From the NCBI RefSeq assembly GCF_009914755.1, contig NC_060934.1: 64,000 nucleotides of DNA. One strand, written 5' to 3'. The stretch is from the human T2T-CHM13v2.0 reference genome, Homo sapiens. How positions within the stretch are numbered: position 1 is the stretch's first letter; every line of letters starts with the position of its first letter. Below are positions 1-15,473 of this stretch, piece by piece. Under the pieces are notes generated by a model that saw nothing but the letters and a program-made list of their open reading frames with translations, made no database searches and was not told where the DNA came from. The position numbers and the translations under genes are program-made.

Positions 1-370
1 AGAAAGATCAGGCTGGAAATTTAGATTTGTCCATCATCTTTACAGTGGTGGAACCAAAGTGGAAACAAAATCACCAAGAAAAATTGCATAGAGTGACAAG
101 AGATAATGGCTAAGAACAGGGTGCAAGAACAAAACAAAGCATACACTCAGAGGTGCAAAACAGTATCGAATGTTGCATGCAAATCAAAGACACTAAGGCT
201 GGGAAAAGACTATTTGATTTGACAATTAGGAGGTCATGGTGACCTTCAAGAGCTCGGATTCAGGCAAGTAATTAGGAAAATGCAGATTTCTGAGAGCTAA
301 GGAGAATGTGAATTGAAAATGGAGGATGTAAGACAGATTACTTATTTGAAAAGATTGGCAGTAGAAGACA
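1..370 (-). mobile_element. L2 LINE fragment (ancient)
   Basis: Contains gatttgacaattaggaggtcatggtgaccttcaagagc, resembling the L2 antisense motif ggaggtcattggtgaccttgacaagagc; highly diverged. Confidence 0.6.
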
Positions 371-1478
371 AAAAAGGGGGTTTTATATTATATGCTAAGC
401 TTAATGTCTCTAGGAGAACTTTAACTTTTTCAGTCCATTATTTTAATTTTTATTTTTATAGTAAAATTCTATTTTAAAGCACCACTATGCTACAACCTGA
501 ATTAAGCTATACCATGGGTCAAATCCTGTCCTGTCCCCTGCGTGCACAGTGTTATATAGGATATTGGTCTCAATACACCAAAGAAAGCATATGAGTAATA
601 GACTTGTCCACCCCATTCCTATCTGTGTTATTAAATAGCTGAACTGTAATTTGAATTTATAAAACTAATGTTGTCTCTTTGGGATTTTAATATGTTTATT
701 ATCTGAAATAAACAACCTCATTTCTCTAATCACCCTCTATTGACAACTTTACTAATTTGGTACATTAGAAAATGATGATGATGTTGAAGTGTGAAAACCA
801 TATTGATATAAGATTTATATTTAAATCCAGATGTTTACACTTATTAAACCACTATGAAGCCTTATGATTTATTTTCTCTCACTATAGGTCACAGCATATA
901 GCTTAGAGAACACTTAAGAGAAGTAGGCTAATGCACTCATACTTCATTCCTGGAACCTTTGGTTCTAGTTTGACTAAATTTACCAATAAAATAAGCTTGA
1001 TGGACATGTGCAAAACTCTAGTCAACATTATTCACTGTAACGAAATTCTCTACTTATCTGCTTCCATGAGGTAGTCCTAGTGCTACCAACAAGAAATTTC
1101 TCAAGCACATAGCCATTTAAATAACTCAGGCCATGATTACATAAATTACTTTAGTCCAGGTTAGTAAAAAGAATAAAGACAAAATAGATTTTACCTTTAA
1201 ATTTTTTCTTTCACCAAAAAAACTACTGACAGAAAAGATACTTTGTAACTAGTCAAATGCCAGGCAAGGAAACTGTAATGGCCAAAGGACCATAGCCACA
1301 CAAACCCATGAATGTTCAGTAAAGGCTTGTTGACGGTACACACCATTGATGATTATACTTTAGGGTAAAGATAATGTTATGAGTAAAAAATATGACATAA
1401 ATTTGAATCTTAAAATCCTAGAAATTATAATCCATCAAGCTACAGTACATTACTAAAAATCATAGAGAATGTTCTGAT

Positions 1479-1666
1479 CAAGAGTCAGCAAATTTTTTTT
1501 TTCTGTAACAGGTCAGACTGTAATTAGTTTAGGCTTTACAGGCAATATGGTCTCTGTTGCAGTGAATTAACTCTGCCACTGTAGTGCAAAAGTAGCCATA
1601 AAGAATATATAAGATAATAACTGTGGCTGTGTTCCAATAAAACTTTATTTACAAACACAGATGGCA
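1479..1666 (+). mobile_element. MER58A (hAT-Charlie MITE), 5' part
   Basis: ggtctctgttgcagtgaattaactctgccactgtagtgcaaaagtagccat...ctgtggctgtgttccaataaaactttatttacaaa is the MER58A body; the last ~45 bp are displaced to 7273-7311. Confidence 0.8.
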
Positions 1667-2354
1667 AAAGCAACTACTCATCAACAAAAATCTGCAATGA
1701 GGAGGTACGTCAAAGAGACATGGGAGCCAACTGAAAGAGCTCCACATAGCTAAATCTAGAACAATTTGAACAACAAAATAAAGTAATATTATAACCCAAA
1801 ATATAAAATAAATATCCATATTCACTATTAATAAGCAATTGATCAATAAATGGGGAGAAAAGACAAATATCTCATGCAGAATACAAATAATTGATGTAGA
1901 TATTCCATCCTCATGGAGGTGGAGCATAACTCTCCACTCTTTAAGTGTGGGCTGCACATAGTAGTGACTTCCTTCCAAAAACTACGGTATGGATACCGAG
2001 GAAGGGTAAGTAACTTTACACTGGAGAAACCTGACAAACACTACCGCAGCCAGGTGATAAAGGCCAACATGAACAGTGATAAGTCACATTGATAGTGACT
2101 TATAACCAAATCTATAACCTCAGTTTAAATTGTAAGAAAAATAGCAGACCAATCTCATACAGACACCTTATAAAATACCTGACCAATATTCCTCAAAACT
2201 GTCAACATCATCAAAAACAAGAAAAGTCTGAGAAACTGTCAGTCAAGAGGAGCCTAAAGAGACATGATGACTAAATCTGGATGAGATCCTGAACAGAAAA
2301 TGAACACATGTAAAAACTAGGTAAATATCTATAAAATATGGGCTTTGGTTAATT
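1667..2354 (+). mobile_element. Old L1 (L1MC/MD-type) 3' UTR fragment inserted in MER58A
   Basis: ctttaagtgtgggctgcacatagt...ggagaaacctgacaaaca...gagcctaaagagacatgatgactaaat, similar to the related copy at 36.5-36.95 kb. Decayed A-tail at 7247-7262; TSD aaacacagatggca (1653-1666) / aataagagatggca (7259-7272). Confidence 0.75.
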
Positions 2355-5300
2355 TTTTCAGATCAAAAAGTATTTTATATTTTTATTTAATAGAAAAATA
2401 AAAATTACAAAATACGTATACAAAATAATGTTTTGAAATATGTATACATGGTGGAATGGATCAACTAAGCTATTAACATAGGTATCACCTCACATACCTC
2501 TCTTTTTTGTGATGAGAACACTTAAAATCTACTCAATACATTGTTATTACCTACAGTTAACCATGTTGTACAATAGATCCTTTGTACATATGTCTCCTAT
2601 CTAACTGAAATTTTGTATTCTTTGACCAACATCTTCCCATCCTCCCTATCCCCTGGTAACCACCACTCTACCCTCTACTTCTCTGAGTTCAATTTTTTAG
2701 ATTCCACATATATACTATGCAGTATTTATCTTTCTTTGCCTCTTTATTTCACTTAATATAATGTCCTCCATGTTCATCCATGTTGTCACAAATGACAGGA
2801 TTTCCTCCTTTTTTAAGGCTGAATAGTATTCCATTGTGTGTATATACCACATTTTCTTTATCAATTCATTTGCTTGTGGACACTTAGATTGATTCCATAT
2901 ATGGCTATTATGAATAATGCTGCAATGAACATTTCAGTGCAGATATGTCTTCAATATACTGAATTCATTTCCCTTGAATACCCATTAATGAGACTGCTGC
3001 ATCAAATGATAGTTCTATCTTCAGTTTTTTGAGGAATGTGCATTCTATTTTTCATAATAATTATACACATACCCACCAACAGCATGCAAGGGTTCCCTTG
3101 ACTCCATATCCTTACCAACAAGTTATCTTTGGTCTTTTTGATAATAGCAATTCTAATAGGTGTGAGGAGATATCTCACTGTGGTGTTAATTTGCATTTCT
3201 CTGATGGTTAAGCACATTTTTGTATGCCTGTTGGCCATTTTTATAGCTTCTTTTGAGATATATCTATTCAGGTCCTTTGCCCAGTTATTAATCAGTTTCT
3301 CTTCTTGCTATTGAGTTGAGTTCCTTACACATTTTGGATATGAACCCTTTACCAGATGGATGGTTTGCAAATATTTTCTCCCATCCTATAGGTTCTTTCA
3401 ACATTCTGTTGATTTTTTTTAGCTGTGCAGAAACTTTTTAGTTTGATATAATCCCATTTGTCTATTTTTCCTCTTTTTGCCTATGCTTTTGAGGTCATGC
3501 AATTTATCCCTAGATTTTCTTCCAGTGACTATAAAGTTTCAGATTCTAAATTTAAGTCTTTTATCCATTTTGGGTTGATTTTTGTATATGTTGTGAGACA
3601 AGGTTTTAATTTCATTCTAGTGCATGTGGAAATTCAGTTTTCTCAACACTATTTTATTTGATATAAGTATAGTTACCCTGCTCTTTTCCATTTGTTTGTT
3701 TCCATTTGAATGGAATATCTTTTTCCATCGCTTCACTTTCAGCCTGTGTGCCCTTAAAGGTGAAATAAGTCTCTTGTACACAGCACACAGTTGGCCCAGC
3801 TTTTTTTTAATCCATTCAGCCCCTCTATGTATTTTAATAGAAGAATTCAATCTACTTACATTCAAGATAATTATTAATATGTAAGGGCTTATCACTGTTA
3901 TTTTGTTATTGTTTTCTTGTTTTGTTTTGTTTTGTTTTGTTTTTAGAACCTCTTTTCTTTCTCTCTTGCTGTCTTCCTTTGCAGTTAAGTGATTTTTCTC
4001 TAGAAGTATGCTTTACCATCTTACTTCTGATCTTTGGTGTATCGATTATAGGTTTTTGCTTTGTGGTTACTTTGAGGCTTACATAAAACCTTATAGTTGT
4101 AACAGGCTCTGTTAACCCAAAGATTTGATTGCATTAAAAAAAACTAAACACTTTCATTCCTCCTCCAATATTTTATGTTTTTGATGTCACTGTTTACATC
4201 TTGTTATAGTGTGTAATCCTTAAGAAATTTTTGTAGCTATTAATCTTTTTAATAGTTTTGTCTTTTAACCTTCATACTAAAGATATGTGATTTACATATT
4301 ACCTTTATAGTATTAGAGAATTCTAAATTTGACTGTGTACTTACTTTTACTAGTGAGTTTTATACCTTCATAAGTTTTTGTATCACTAATTAGTGTGCTT
4401 TCCTTTCAACTTGAAGAACTACCTTTAGTATGTTGTATAAGACGGGTCTGGTGGTGATGAACTCCCTCAGCTTTTATTTGTCTGAGAAAGTCTTGATCTT
4501 GCCTTCATTTCTGAAGGACAGCTTTGCTGAATACAGTACTCTTGGTTGGCAGGGTTTCTTTTTTCCTTTAGTACTTTGAATATACCATTCCACTATCTCC
4601 TGCCTATAAAGTTTCTGCTCAGAAGTCCACTGATAGCCTTATTGGAACTCCCTTATATGTGATCTGCTTCTTTTTCCTTGTTGCTTTCAGGATCTTCTCT
4701 TTGTCTTTGATTTTTAACAGTTTTATTATAATATGTCTTGGCATAATCTTGTGTGAACTGAATTTGATTGAATACCTTTGACCTTCTTTTACCTAGATCT
4801 CTGGATCTTTATGTGTTTTCCCAGATTTGAAAAGTTTTCTGTTACTATTTCTTTCAGTAAGCTTTTTACCCCATTTGTCTTTCTCTTCTTGAAATCCTAT
4901 AACTCAGACATTTGCTCTTTTTACATTGTCCCATAAATTCTGTAAGTTTTCTTCACTCCTTTTCTTTTTAATTTTTATCATTCGACTACATATTTTCAAA
5001 TAATCTGTCTTCAAGTTCACAGATTCATTCTTCTGCTTGATCAATGCTGCTACTGATGCTTTCTATTGCATTTTTCACTTCATTCATTGTGTCTTTCAGC
5101 TCCAGAATTTCTGTTTGACTTTTAAAAACAATTTCAATCTCTCTGTTAAATTCCTCACTTTGGTAGTTTACTATTTTCCTGATTTCATACAATTTTTTTC
5201 TGTATTTTCTTTAATTTTGCTGGGCTTCCTTAAGACAATCATCTTGAACTGTTTTTTAGGCAGTTCATAATCTCTATTTCTTTGAGGGTTAGCTACTGGG

Positions 5301-7230
5301 AGATTATTGTACTCTTTTGGTAGTGTTATATCTCCTTGGTTTGTCATGTTTCCTCTTATCTTACATTGAAGCTTGCACATGGAAAGAAGTTGGAATTCAC
5401 TCTAGTTTTTGCTGACTGGCTTTGTATGGGAGAGCCCTTCCTTTTCAGTCCATCCAGAGATTCTGAGTAAGTTGTCTGGCATTCTGAGTAAGTTGTCCAT
5501 AGGTGGGTTTACTGCTGGAGTCTTTGGACATGTAGCCTCGTAACTGGGTCAGCAGGTGGGTGGGCCTGGAACCTGGTTCCACGGGGTTAAGCCTAGGGCC
5601 TAAACACACCAGAGTGGACCTGTTGATTGGTTCCTCAGGAGGAGACCTGGAGCCTAGGTCACAGAGGGTAGGCCTAGAACCTATTTTTCCAGGGGCTTCC
5701 CTGAAGCCTGTATCCACATGAACTGATCTGGCACTGGGGTGGTCTCTGAGCCCAAGTCTGCAGGGGTCAGCCAGGTGCTGGGATGGTCCTGGGAACTGAG
5801 TCCACAGGAGCTGGCTTGGAACTAGAGTGGGGATGGGACACAAGGGTGAGCCTGGGTTCTGGATCTATAAGGTGGTCCTAGAGTCTTGATCCATGGGGAC
5901 CAGTCTAGAACCAGAGTCTGTTGGAGCAGGCCTGGACCCTGGATCTGTTGGACCTTGTGGCCACAAGGACTGCCCTGGAGGATGGCACCACAGGGACAAG
6001 TCTGGCACTGAGCAGGCCCAGAGCCTATATCCACAGGATCTTGCCTTGTATCTGATGCCAGAGGCTATGACCTGGTGCTAGAGTGAGATTAAAGCCTGAA
6101 AAGGGGCTGCAACCATCCTGGCTTTGGCAGTCATGGGCTATCATGGCTCCAGGCTCCAAAATCTAGGGCAGAACTGAAGCCTGGGGTCCCAGAAGCTGGC
6201 CTGGCACTGGGTGGGCCTAGAACCTATATCTGTGATGTCCAGCTTGGTGGTTTGGTCTATAGGTACCAGCTTGATGACTAGGGCTTCAGGGGATGGCCTC
6301 ATGCAGGGTTGAACCTACAGCCCAAGTCTGTAGAGGTTGGCCTGGTGCTATGTCATGCCTGAAACCCAGGGCCATTGAGGCCAGCTCAGTGCTGGTACCA
6401 GTCTCAGGCCTGGGGCTGCTGGGGTAGGCCTGGTATCGGGGCAGCCACAAGTCCTAGTGTGCAAGTCAGGCCTGGAGCCAAGGGCTGCAGGATTCTGTTT
6501 TGTGCCAGGGTGGGCTTGGAAGCTCAATTTACAGGTACTAGTATGGAGCCTGGGGCTTCCAGAGCTGGCCTGGGGCTAGGTGGGTCTGGAGCCTGTTTCT
6601 GCAGAAGCCAGCCTGGAGGCTGTGTCCACAGGTATTGGCCTGAAGACCAGGGCTTTAGAGGCCAATCTGGTGCTGGGGCAGGCCTGAAGCCTGGGATTAT
6701 TGACACTAGCCCACTGCTGGGGGTGGCCTGGAGCCTAGCACTGTGGGGATCAACCTGGTGTAGGGTAGCACATAGAACAAGTCCTCCGGGTAGACCTGGA
6801 GTGTAGAGCTTCAGGATCTGGTCTGACACCAAGATGAGCCTAGACATTGAGTCCACACATACCAGCCTGGAGTCTGGGGCTGTGAGGGCTTGTGTGGCAC
6901 TGGGTTTTACTGGGATAGGGCTAGTGTTGGGGTCCCAGGCAGCATCCGATGCTCACTTCCCTGACCCTCCCCCAAGGAGAGAGTATCTATCTCCACACTT
7001 TGCTGCCTGGAGTTGAAGGAGGAGAGATGCAGGTGATGTAAAACTGTCTTTCCTACCCTCTTCAATGTGCCCCTTCTTATTTCTGTGCTATACTTAAGTG
7101 CTGAAATCTCTCACCTGGCTTCTGTTGCTGATGTAAAGGAATTTTCATGCATGAATAGTTGTTCAAAGTGATGTTTTTGCAGAGGACAATCACTGGAAAG
7201 TCATATTCTGCCATCTTGCTGACATCAATC
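2355..7230 (-). mobile_element. L1MA (L1MA6-8-like) with both termini and most of ORF2 internally deleted
   Basis: 3' end at 2355; ORF2 C-terminal remnant (3002..3238, IREMQINTTVRYLLTP); EN N-terminus (3617..3895, LNVSRLNSSIK...RWKKIFHSNG); ORF1 remnants ~4.4-5.4 kb; GC-rich repetitive 5'UTR 5.4-7.2 kb ending in rc of gatgtcagcaagatggcagaat. TSD tgggctttggttaatt (2339-2354) / tggactttagttaatt (7231-7246). Confidence 0.85.
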
Positions 7231-7272
7231 TGGACTTTAGTTAATTAAAATATATATAAATAAGAGATGGCA

Positions 7273-7311
7273 GGCCAGATTTTGCCTGGAGGCCATAGTT
7301 TTCTGAATCCA
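7273..7311 (+). mobile_element. MER58A 3' terminus (continuation of 1479-1666)
   Basis: ggccagattttgcctggaggccatagttttctgaatcc matches the MER58 3' end (compare MER58B copy at 58778-58816). Confidence 0.7.
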
Positions 7312-7399
7312 GTCTAATTGCCATATTTACTGAAGGTCATGATGGTCTCCTACAGTCATAACACAAAACAGAAACAGATGACAAAATGGGAGCAGGGCC

Positions 7400-7550
7400 T
7401 TTAGAGTCTAGCCCCTTATTTCACATCTGAGAAAGCAGGAGCAGTGAGGTTAAGTTCCTTACCCAGGTCCAACCAGTCTGTAAGCAGTGGACCTAAAGCG
7501 GAGATTCAGGGTCCAACTTCCTGGCTAATGCTTTTTATGCTACATGATGC
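7400..7550 (-). mobile_element. MIR SINE fragment
   Basis: ccttatttcacatctgagaaagcagg...gaggttaagttccttacccaggtc resembles the MIR core, antisense. Confidence 0.55.
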
Positions 7551-8743
7551 TGCCACCCTCTCCCCATGCCCTGTATGCATAATTCCAAGTCACTCAAGAA
7601 AAAGAGAAGCACTTTGGCAATTCAACTGACTTAGGCAGTCCAAAAAGAAAATCCTAGTATGACTTCTTGCTTTCTTCCCAGATAAGATTTTTCCTCTAAG
7701 TTCTTGCAGCTGAAGGCTAGAACCCATAGAGCACCAGAGCCCAGAAGGACTGACTCCTCACTGCTTTCCATCTCCTGATCTTGTTTACATGTGTTTATCT
7801 GCAAAAGTTTTAATGGAATAAGAGAAAACGAGTGCTTTAACTTCCCAATAAAATCTGTGCCCCAGCATGAGTCATTGTTTTCTTTTTTTACACTAGCAAG
7901 GATAAAGCCTTCTGGTTTTAATAACTAATACTGCTGAGTTCAATAAAAAGCACTTAATTTAATTTAATCCAAACCTTGATCAACGCCAGCTTCCCCTGGA
8001 ATTTTATCTTTGTTTTAACTTGAGTCTTTATGTTCAGAAAAATGAGAGGCCAAAAGGAAAGAAACAGAAGTCAATTAGCTTGTAGGCTTGTTTCTAGACA
8101 AAGGACATGAAAATACAAGATTGACAGGTAAACTCCAAGGCTCTAATGTTTCTGCCCCACTGGACAATCTTTTCCTGGCAGAATTAATGCTTTCTTTAAT
8201 CCTGAATAAAGAAACTGAACAATTCACAGCCCCATTTGGAAAATGTTTTTAAACAAAATATTCCAAAGCCAATTAGCATCAGATTTCTAAACTAGAAATA
8301 TATTGCGTTTAATGTGTCAATAATCGAGAGATATGCTACTGTAAAATTAGATACAGAAACCCTCAAGTCCATCTGTTTCAATTCTAAAGCAGCCAGACTC
8401 AGTGCTTAAGGGACTGAAATGTATATAGGGACTAAAATGGAAATAAAATGAAGCACCCCTGAAGATAGTTTTGATAAGCTTTTCTTAAATGATCCCTTTA
8501 TTGTCACAACAGAGTTCAGTCCTATTTCTAAAAACATCCATTATTGTAGAATTGCAATTTACTATTAACTGAAACCACTTTCATAACTTCAACCTGAAAG
8601 TTCCTGCTGCTGTGTCAAGTTTGAACCAAAAACTTTGCAACAGTTGAGGGGAATTATGAAAATCTGCATTTTTGGTTCAATTATGTAGTTTTTCAGTGCA
8701 AAAGCTTTTAGAAATGTTCTGAAGGCTATTAAAAGAGAACTGA

Positions 8744-9111
<368 letters not shown>

Positions 9112-10475
9112 TTACTACTGGCAGCCACATTTCCTTGCCACCATCTGGAAGTACTGATTCAACAGTGGACCAGAGGGAAAAGGCAGCCAGTTTCTTGTAG
9201 AATTCCAAACTTCAGTTCCTGTAGCACCTGGTTTCCATAGGGGTTTCATGTCCAAGTCTGATTAAACCACAATTCATAGACTATAGAAATGTTAACCCTG
9301 GGAGGAGACAAACAGCATCTAAGCCAGTGATTCACATACTTAGGGATTTCAGGACCAGTAATATTTCAAAAAGAAAAATATCAGGGCACCAAAATAGAGT
9401 TGCTCATTTTTTTCATAGTCATTTGCTTTTGCAAAACAAAGACATTTAAAATAGCAACTACCATTAATTATCAACATCATTTCATAACTTCAATAACAAA
9501 AACGTAGGAAGGACATAAACTTGGAACTTAAAAATTAAATAAATTTAGTTTCATAAAAACTTGTCACTTGGTTCTTATTTTGTCCCAAGTTGCTAAAAGC
9601 TTCATAGACTGAAATTCATTTACAGACCATTGTTTGGGAACAATTAGCTAGTTTAATTCCTAACAGCAGACCCTTAGAATCCGCTCTGTTGTGACCACAG
9701 CTGTTCTCCAATAAACCAATAATCTAAAACTCAGTGAGATTCTTTAAGGAATGAGATGATTTACTGTGCTTAAAGAGGACATCAAATGAAACTTGTAGCA
9801 ATCATTGTTTTGGAAAGCCAAAAGACCTGAAGTAAATTAAATGTGTTTATTTTCTATTTTTTTATCTTTGAAAATCCTTTAGCATAAAACATTATAAAAG
9901 GTAAATAAAACATACTTGGGGAAAAATGACCATGAAATCAGCCTGTTTGAGAATCTTCACCTTTGCCTAGAAGCAATAATAATGTTAATGATATACTTTC
10001 CTGAGCTTGGGAAAAAGCAGGCTCATGAATTGCAGCCTTGTGAAAGAGGGATTTACTTGACTCCTATTGATTCCAGAGATCAGAATTACCATAAATGGGC
10101 AGAAATTTTAAGAGAGGCAGTATATAGATAAAGATAAGAACTTGTTTTTAGAGGCATAACTTCTTAAGTAAATTCAAAGATGACTGGGCAACTTCACGGT
10201 ATGAGAGGCCAACCTATTCTGGAAGTGCTTAAGCAAAACCTGGTTAACAATTTGGCAGCTTTACTGAAAAGGGAAATCAAGGTAGTAGATTAGCTCAGAT
10301 AACCTCTGAGAAGCCATCTAACTCTAAGAATCTAGGATTCCTTTCCCATCCTAGCCCTTACCAGCCAAGAATCAATAAAATATTAGTCAAATACTCGAGA
10401 ATAGACACAAAATTCTCTTGAGGATGAATATTAATTGCACAATTTCAGAACACTGACAAGTCGGTAATCATCAGT

Positions 10476-10756
10476 CTTTTTTTTTAACTGTTAAGTTCAG
10501 GGGTACATGTGCAGGTTTGTCACATATTTAAACTTGTGTCATGGGGGTTTGCTGTACAGATTATTTCATCACCCAGGTATTAAACCTAGTACCCATCAGT
10601 TATATTTCCTGATCCTCTCCCTCCTCCCACCCTTCAACCCCTCTGTAGGCCCCAATGTGTGTTGTGTTCCTCTCTATGTGTCCATGTGTTCTCATCATTT
10701 AGTTCCCATTTGTAAATGAGAACATGTGGTATTTAGTTTTCTGTTCCTGTGTTAGG
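10476..10756 (-). mobile_element. L1PA13-like element, 3' end (segment 1 of a split L1)
   Basis: T-tract, then ttaagttcaggggtacatgtgcaggtttg...gattatttcatcacccaggtattaa...; resumes at 13844 after the ARL5A retrocopy. Confidence 0.85.
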
Positions 10757-11095
10757 TTTTTTTTTGGTGGGGTGGTAATTTAGGATTTACTTTTGTAAAA
10801 CCATGTAGACAAATATTAAATGTTATGCTTGCATTTTGAACATTATAAATATGAAACACAAAACATCCAATGTTAAATACTGATCTCCTATGCCTGATCT
10901 AGATTTAGATATTGAGTATTTCACATTTTACAGAAAGGAACTTTCAAAGTTGGATCAATACTTATAGTATGTACTATTATTCAATAAAATCTTCTTGAAA
11001 TTTAAAAGGCTGAAATTTAGTTTTTTTTTCTTAAATATGCTAAAACGTATCAGTTTGGATTAACCTTCAGATTTTCAAGCCATGAAAGATATACA

Positions 11096-11431
<336 letters not shown>

Positions 11432-13012
11432 TTACTTCTTTGTACAAATAATACATTGTATCAATCAATCTTTAAAAGAAATTCTTAAAAGCATTCAAAA
11501 ATGCTTGCATTTTATAATTCTCAAACAATGTATTTATATTACAGAAGATACAACAAATTTTACATAAATAAAAAATCTCACACTATATTCTCAGTCCTAA
11601 AATAAAAAAGAACTTTGCAAATTAAAGAATTATCAATGTTGTTCAGAAAACATACCTTACTTTTACTTTGAAATTCACTTTAACTGCTTGACATATAATT
11701 TAATACTTAAAAATAATATAGCTAAATTATTTTATAATATTTATAGAATATTATTTCTCTGAGTAGACATGTTTCACACAACAGTTTCCAATTAATGCAG
11801 ATAATTCATTTGATAATTTTAATCACAATTTATGATAGACTGATTAATGGATTAAAAATTTATTCAGTAATTTAGATGCCATAAGAACCATTGAAAGTAA
11901 TAATCTGATAATTACTCATTGTACAATCCTGCCCATTAGTAATACTAAGCCAAGAATCTGATCGCTATCACATTCTGTTGAATTATGTTTCCATCTGTGT
12001 GATTGGTCAACAACAAAAAATAGATACACAATATCATGCTTTTTCCTTTTCCTTTTTTTTTTTAACAAGCAGCTCAATGATTTGGAGGGTTGGTTAATAC
12101 AATACAGAGAATATAGGGAGAAAGTATAAAATGGCACCTAACACCAATGCCAGTACTTATCTCATTATGGTTATACCTAAGGATATTATTAATATTTGTG
12201 TTATTTGCTTTTCTTTAGAACTTAAATCAAAGCCATTAACTTGAACTTGAGGTATATACACAATACATATACAACCTTATGCAAAATACTTCCCATATGT
12301 AACATATTTTAAAATACTGGAAACTGAATATCTGTGCTGATTTGTATTTTGACTTAACGGACCAAGAAGAGAATAACACTCAACTAGGGAGGGTTATACT
12401 GATAATAAAGCTCTCAAAATTCAAAATGTCTTCCTCTCCCTTTGTACTTACCAGGGGCTACACAATGTCCTGAGAGGATTCATTATGAGAAAAATGTGAT
12501 TCACAGCTTTAATAACTTACTTTGGAAAAAACTAATGAGAAAGCAGATTGGAAGGTGAGACTTCATCTTTGTTTTCAAATAAGTGGTCTTACTTTTTCTT
12601 CTCATAGAAAAAGTTTAAATCAGTTGATTATAAATATATCTAAATCTTTAATTGCTGCAGCTTTCAGGTAAAGTTTAGCACTTCATTTATACAAAGTCTA
12701 TGAGAAGAGGTCAGTAGAGATAATCTAATCTTAAGTCGTGACATTAACCATTCAAGTCCTTGGCACAATCCCTCACCAGTTAGAGAACAGCATGCCTGGA
12801 TATGCCACTGGTGATCTTTAATAGATGTTAGCTTCACAAACTGGGAGATTTCTGCTACAGTTATGCATTTTTTAACATCTTGTTTATTAGCAAAAATCAG
12901 TAACCCAGCTTTTCTTAGGTCCTCATGTGCTAACATTTTATAGAGTTCTCTAGTTACAGAAATCCTCTCTCTGTCTGTACTGTTCACAGCAACTATACAG
13001 ACTCTGTGTTAG

Positions 13013-15473
<2,461 letters not shown>

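Noticed and set aside
5445-7016. Several 60-143 aa Pro/Gly-rich ORFs on both strands
   Set aside because: By-product of the GC-rich repetitive L1 5'UTR, which has few stop codons.
9320-9650. Possible hAT-Charlie DNA transposon remnant (similar hint at 38560-38780)
   Set aside because: Only terminal-like motifs recognised; family cannot be supported without a Dfam search.
12664-12987. 107-aa ARL5A C-terminal ORF as a functional retrogene
   Set aside because: No ATG start, lacks the P-loop and switch regions, and lies downstream of two stops, an Alu and a frameshift.
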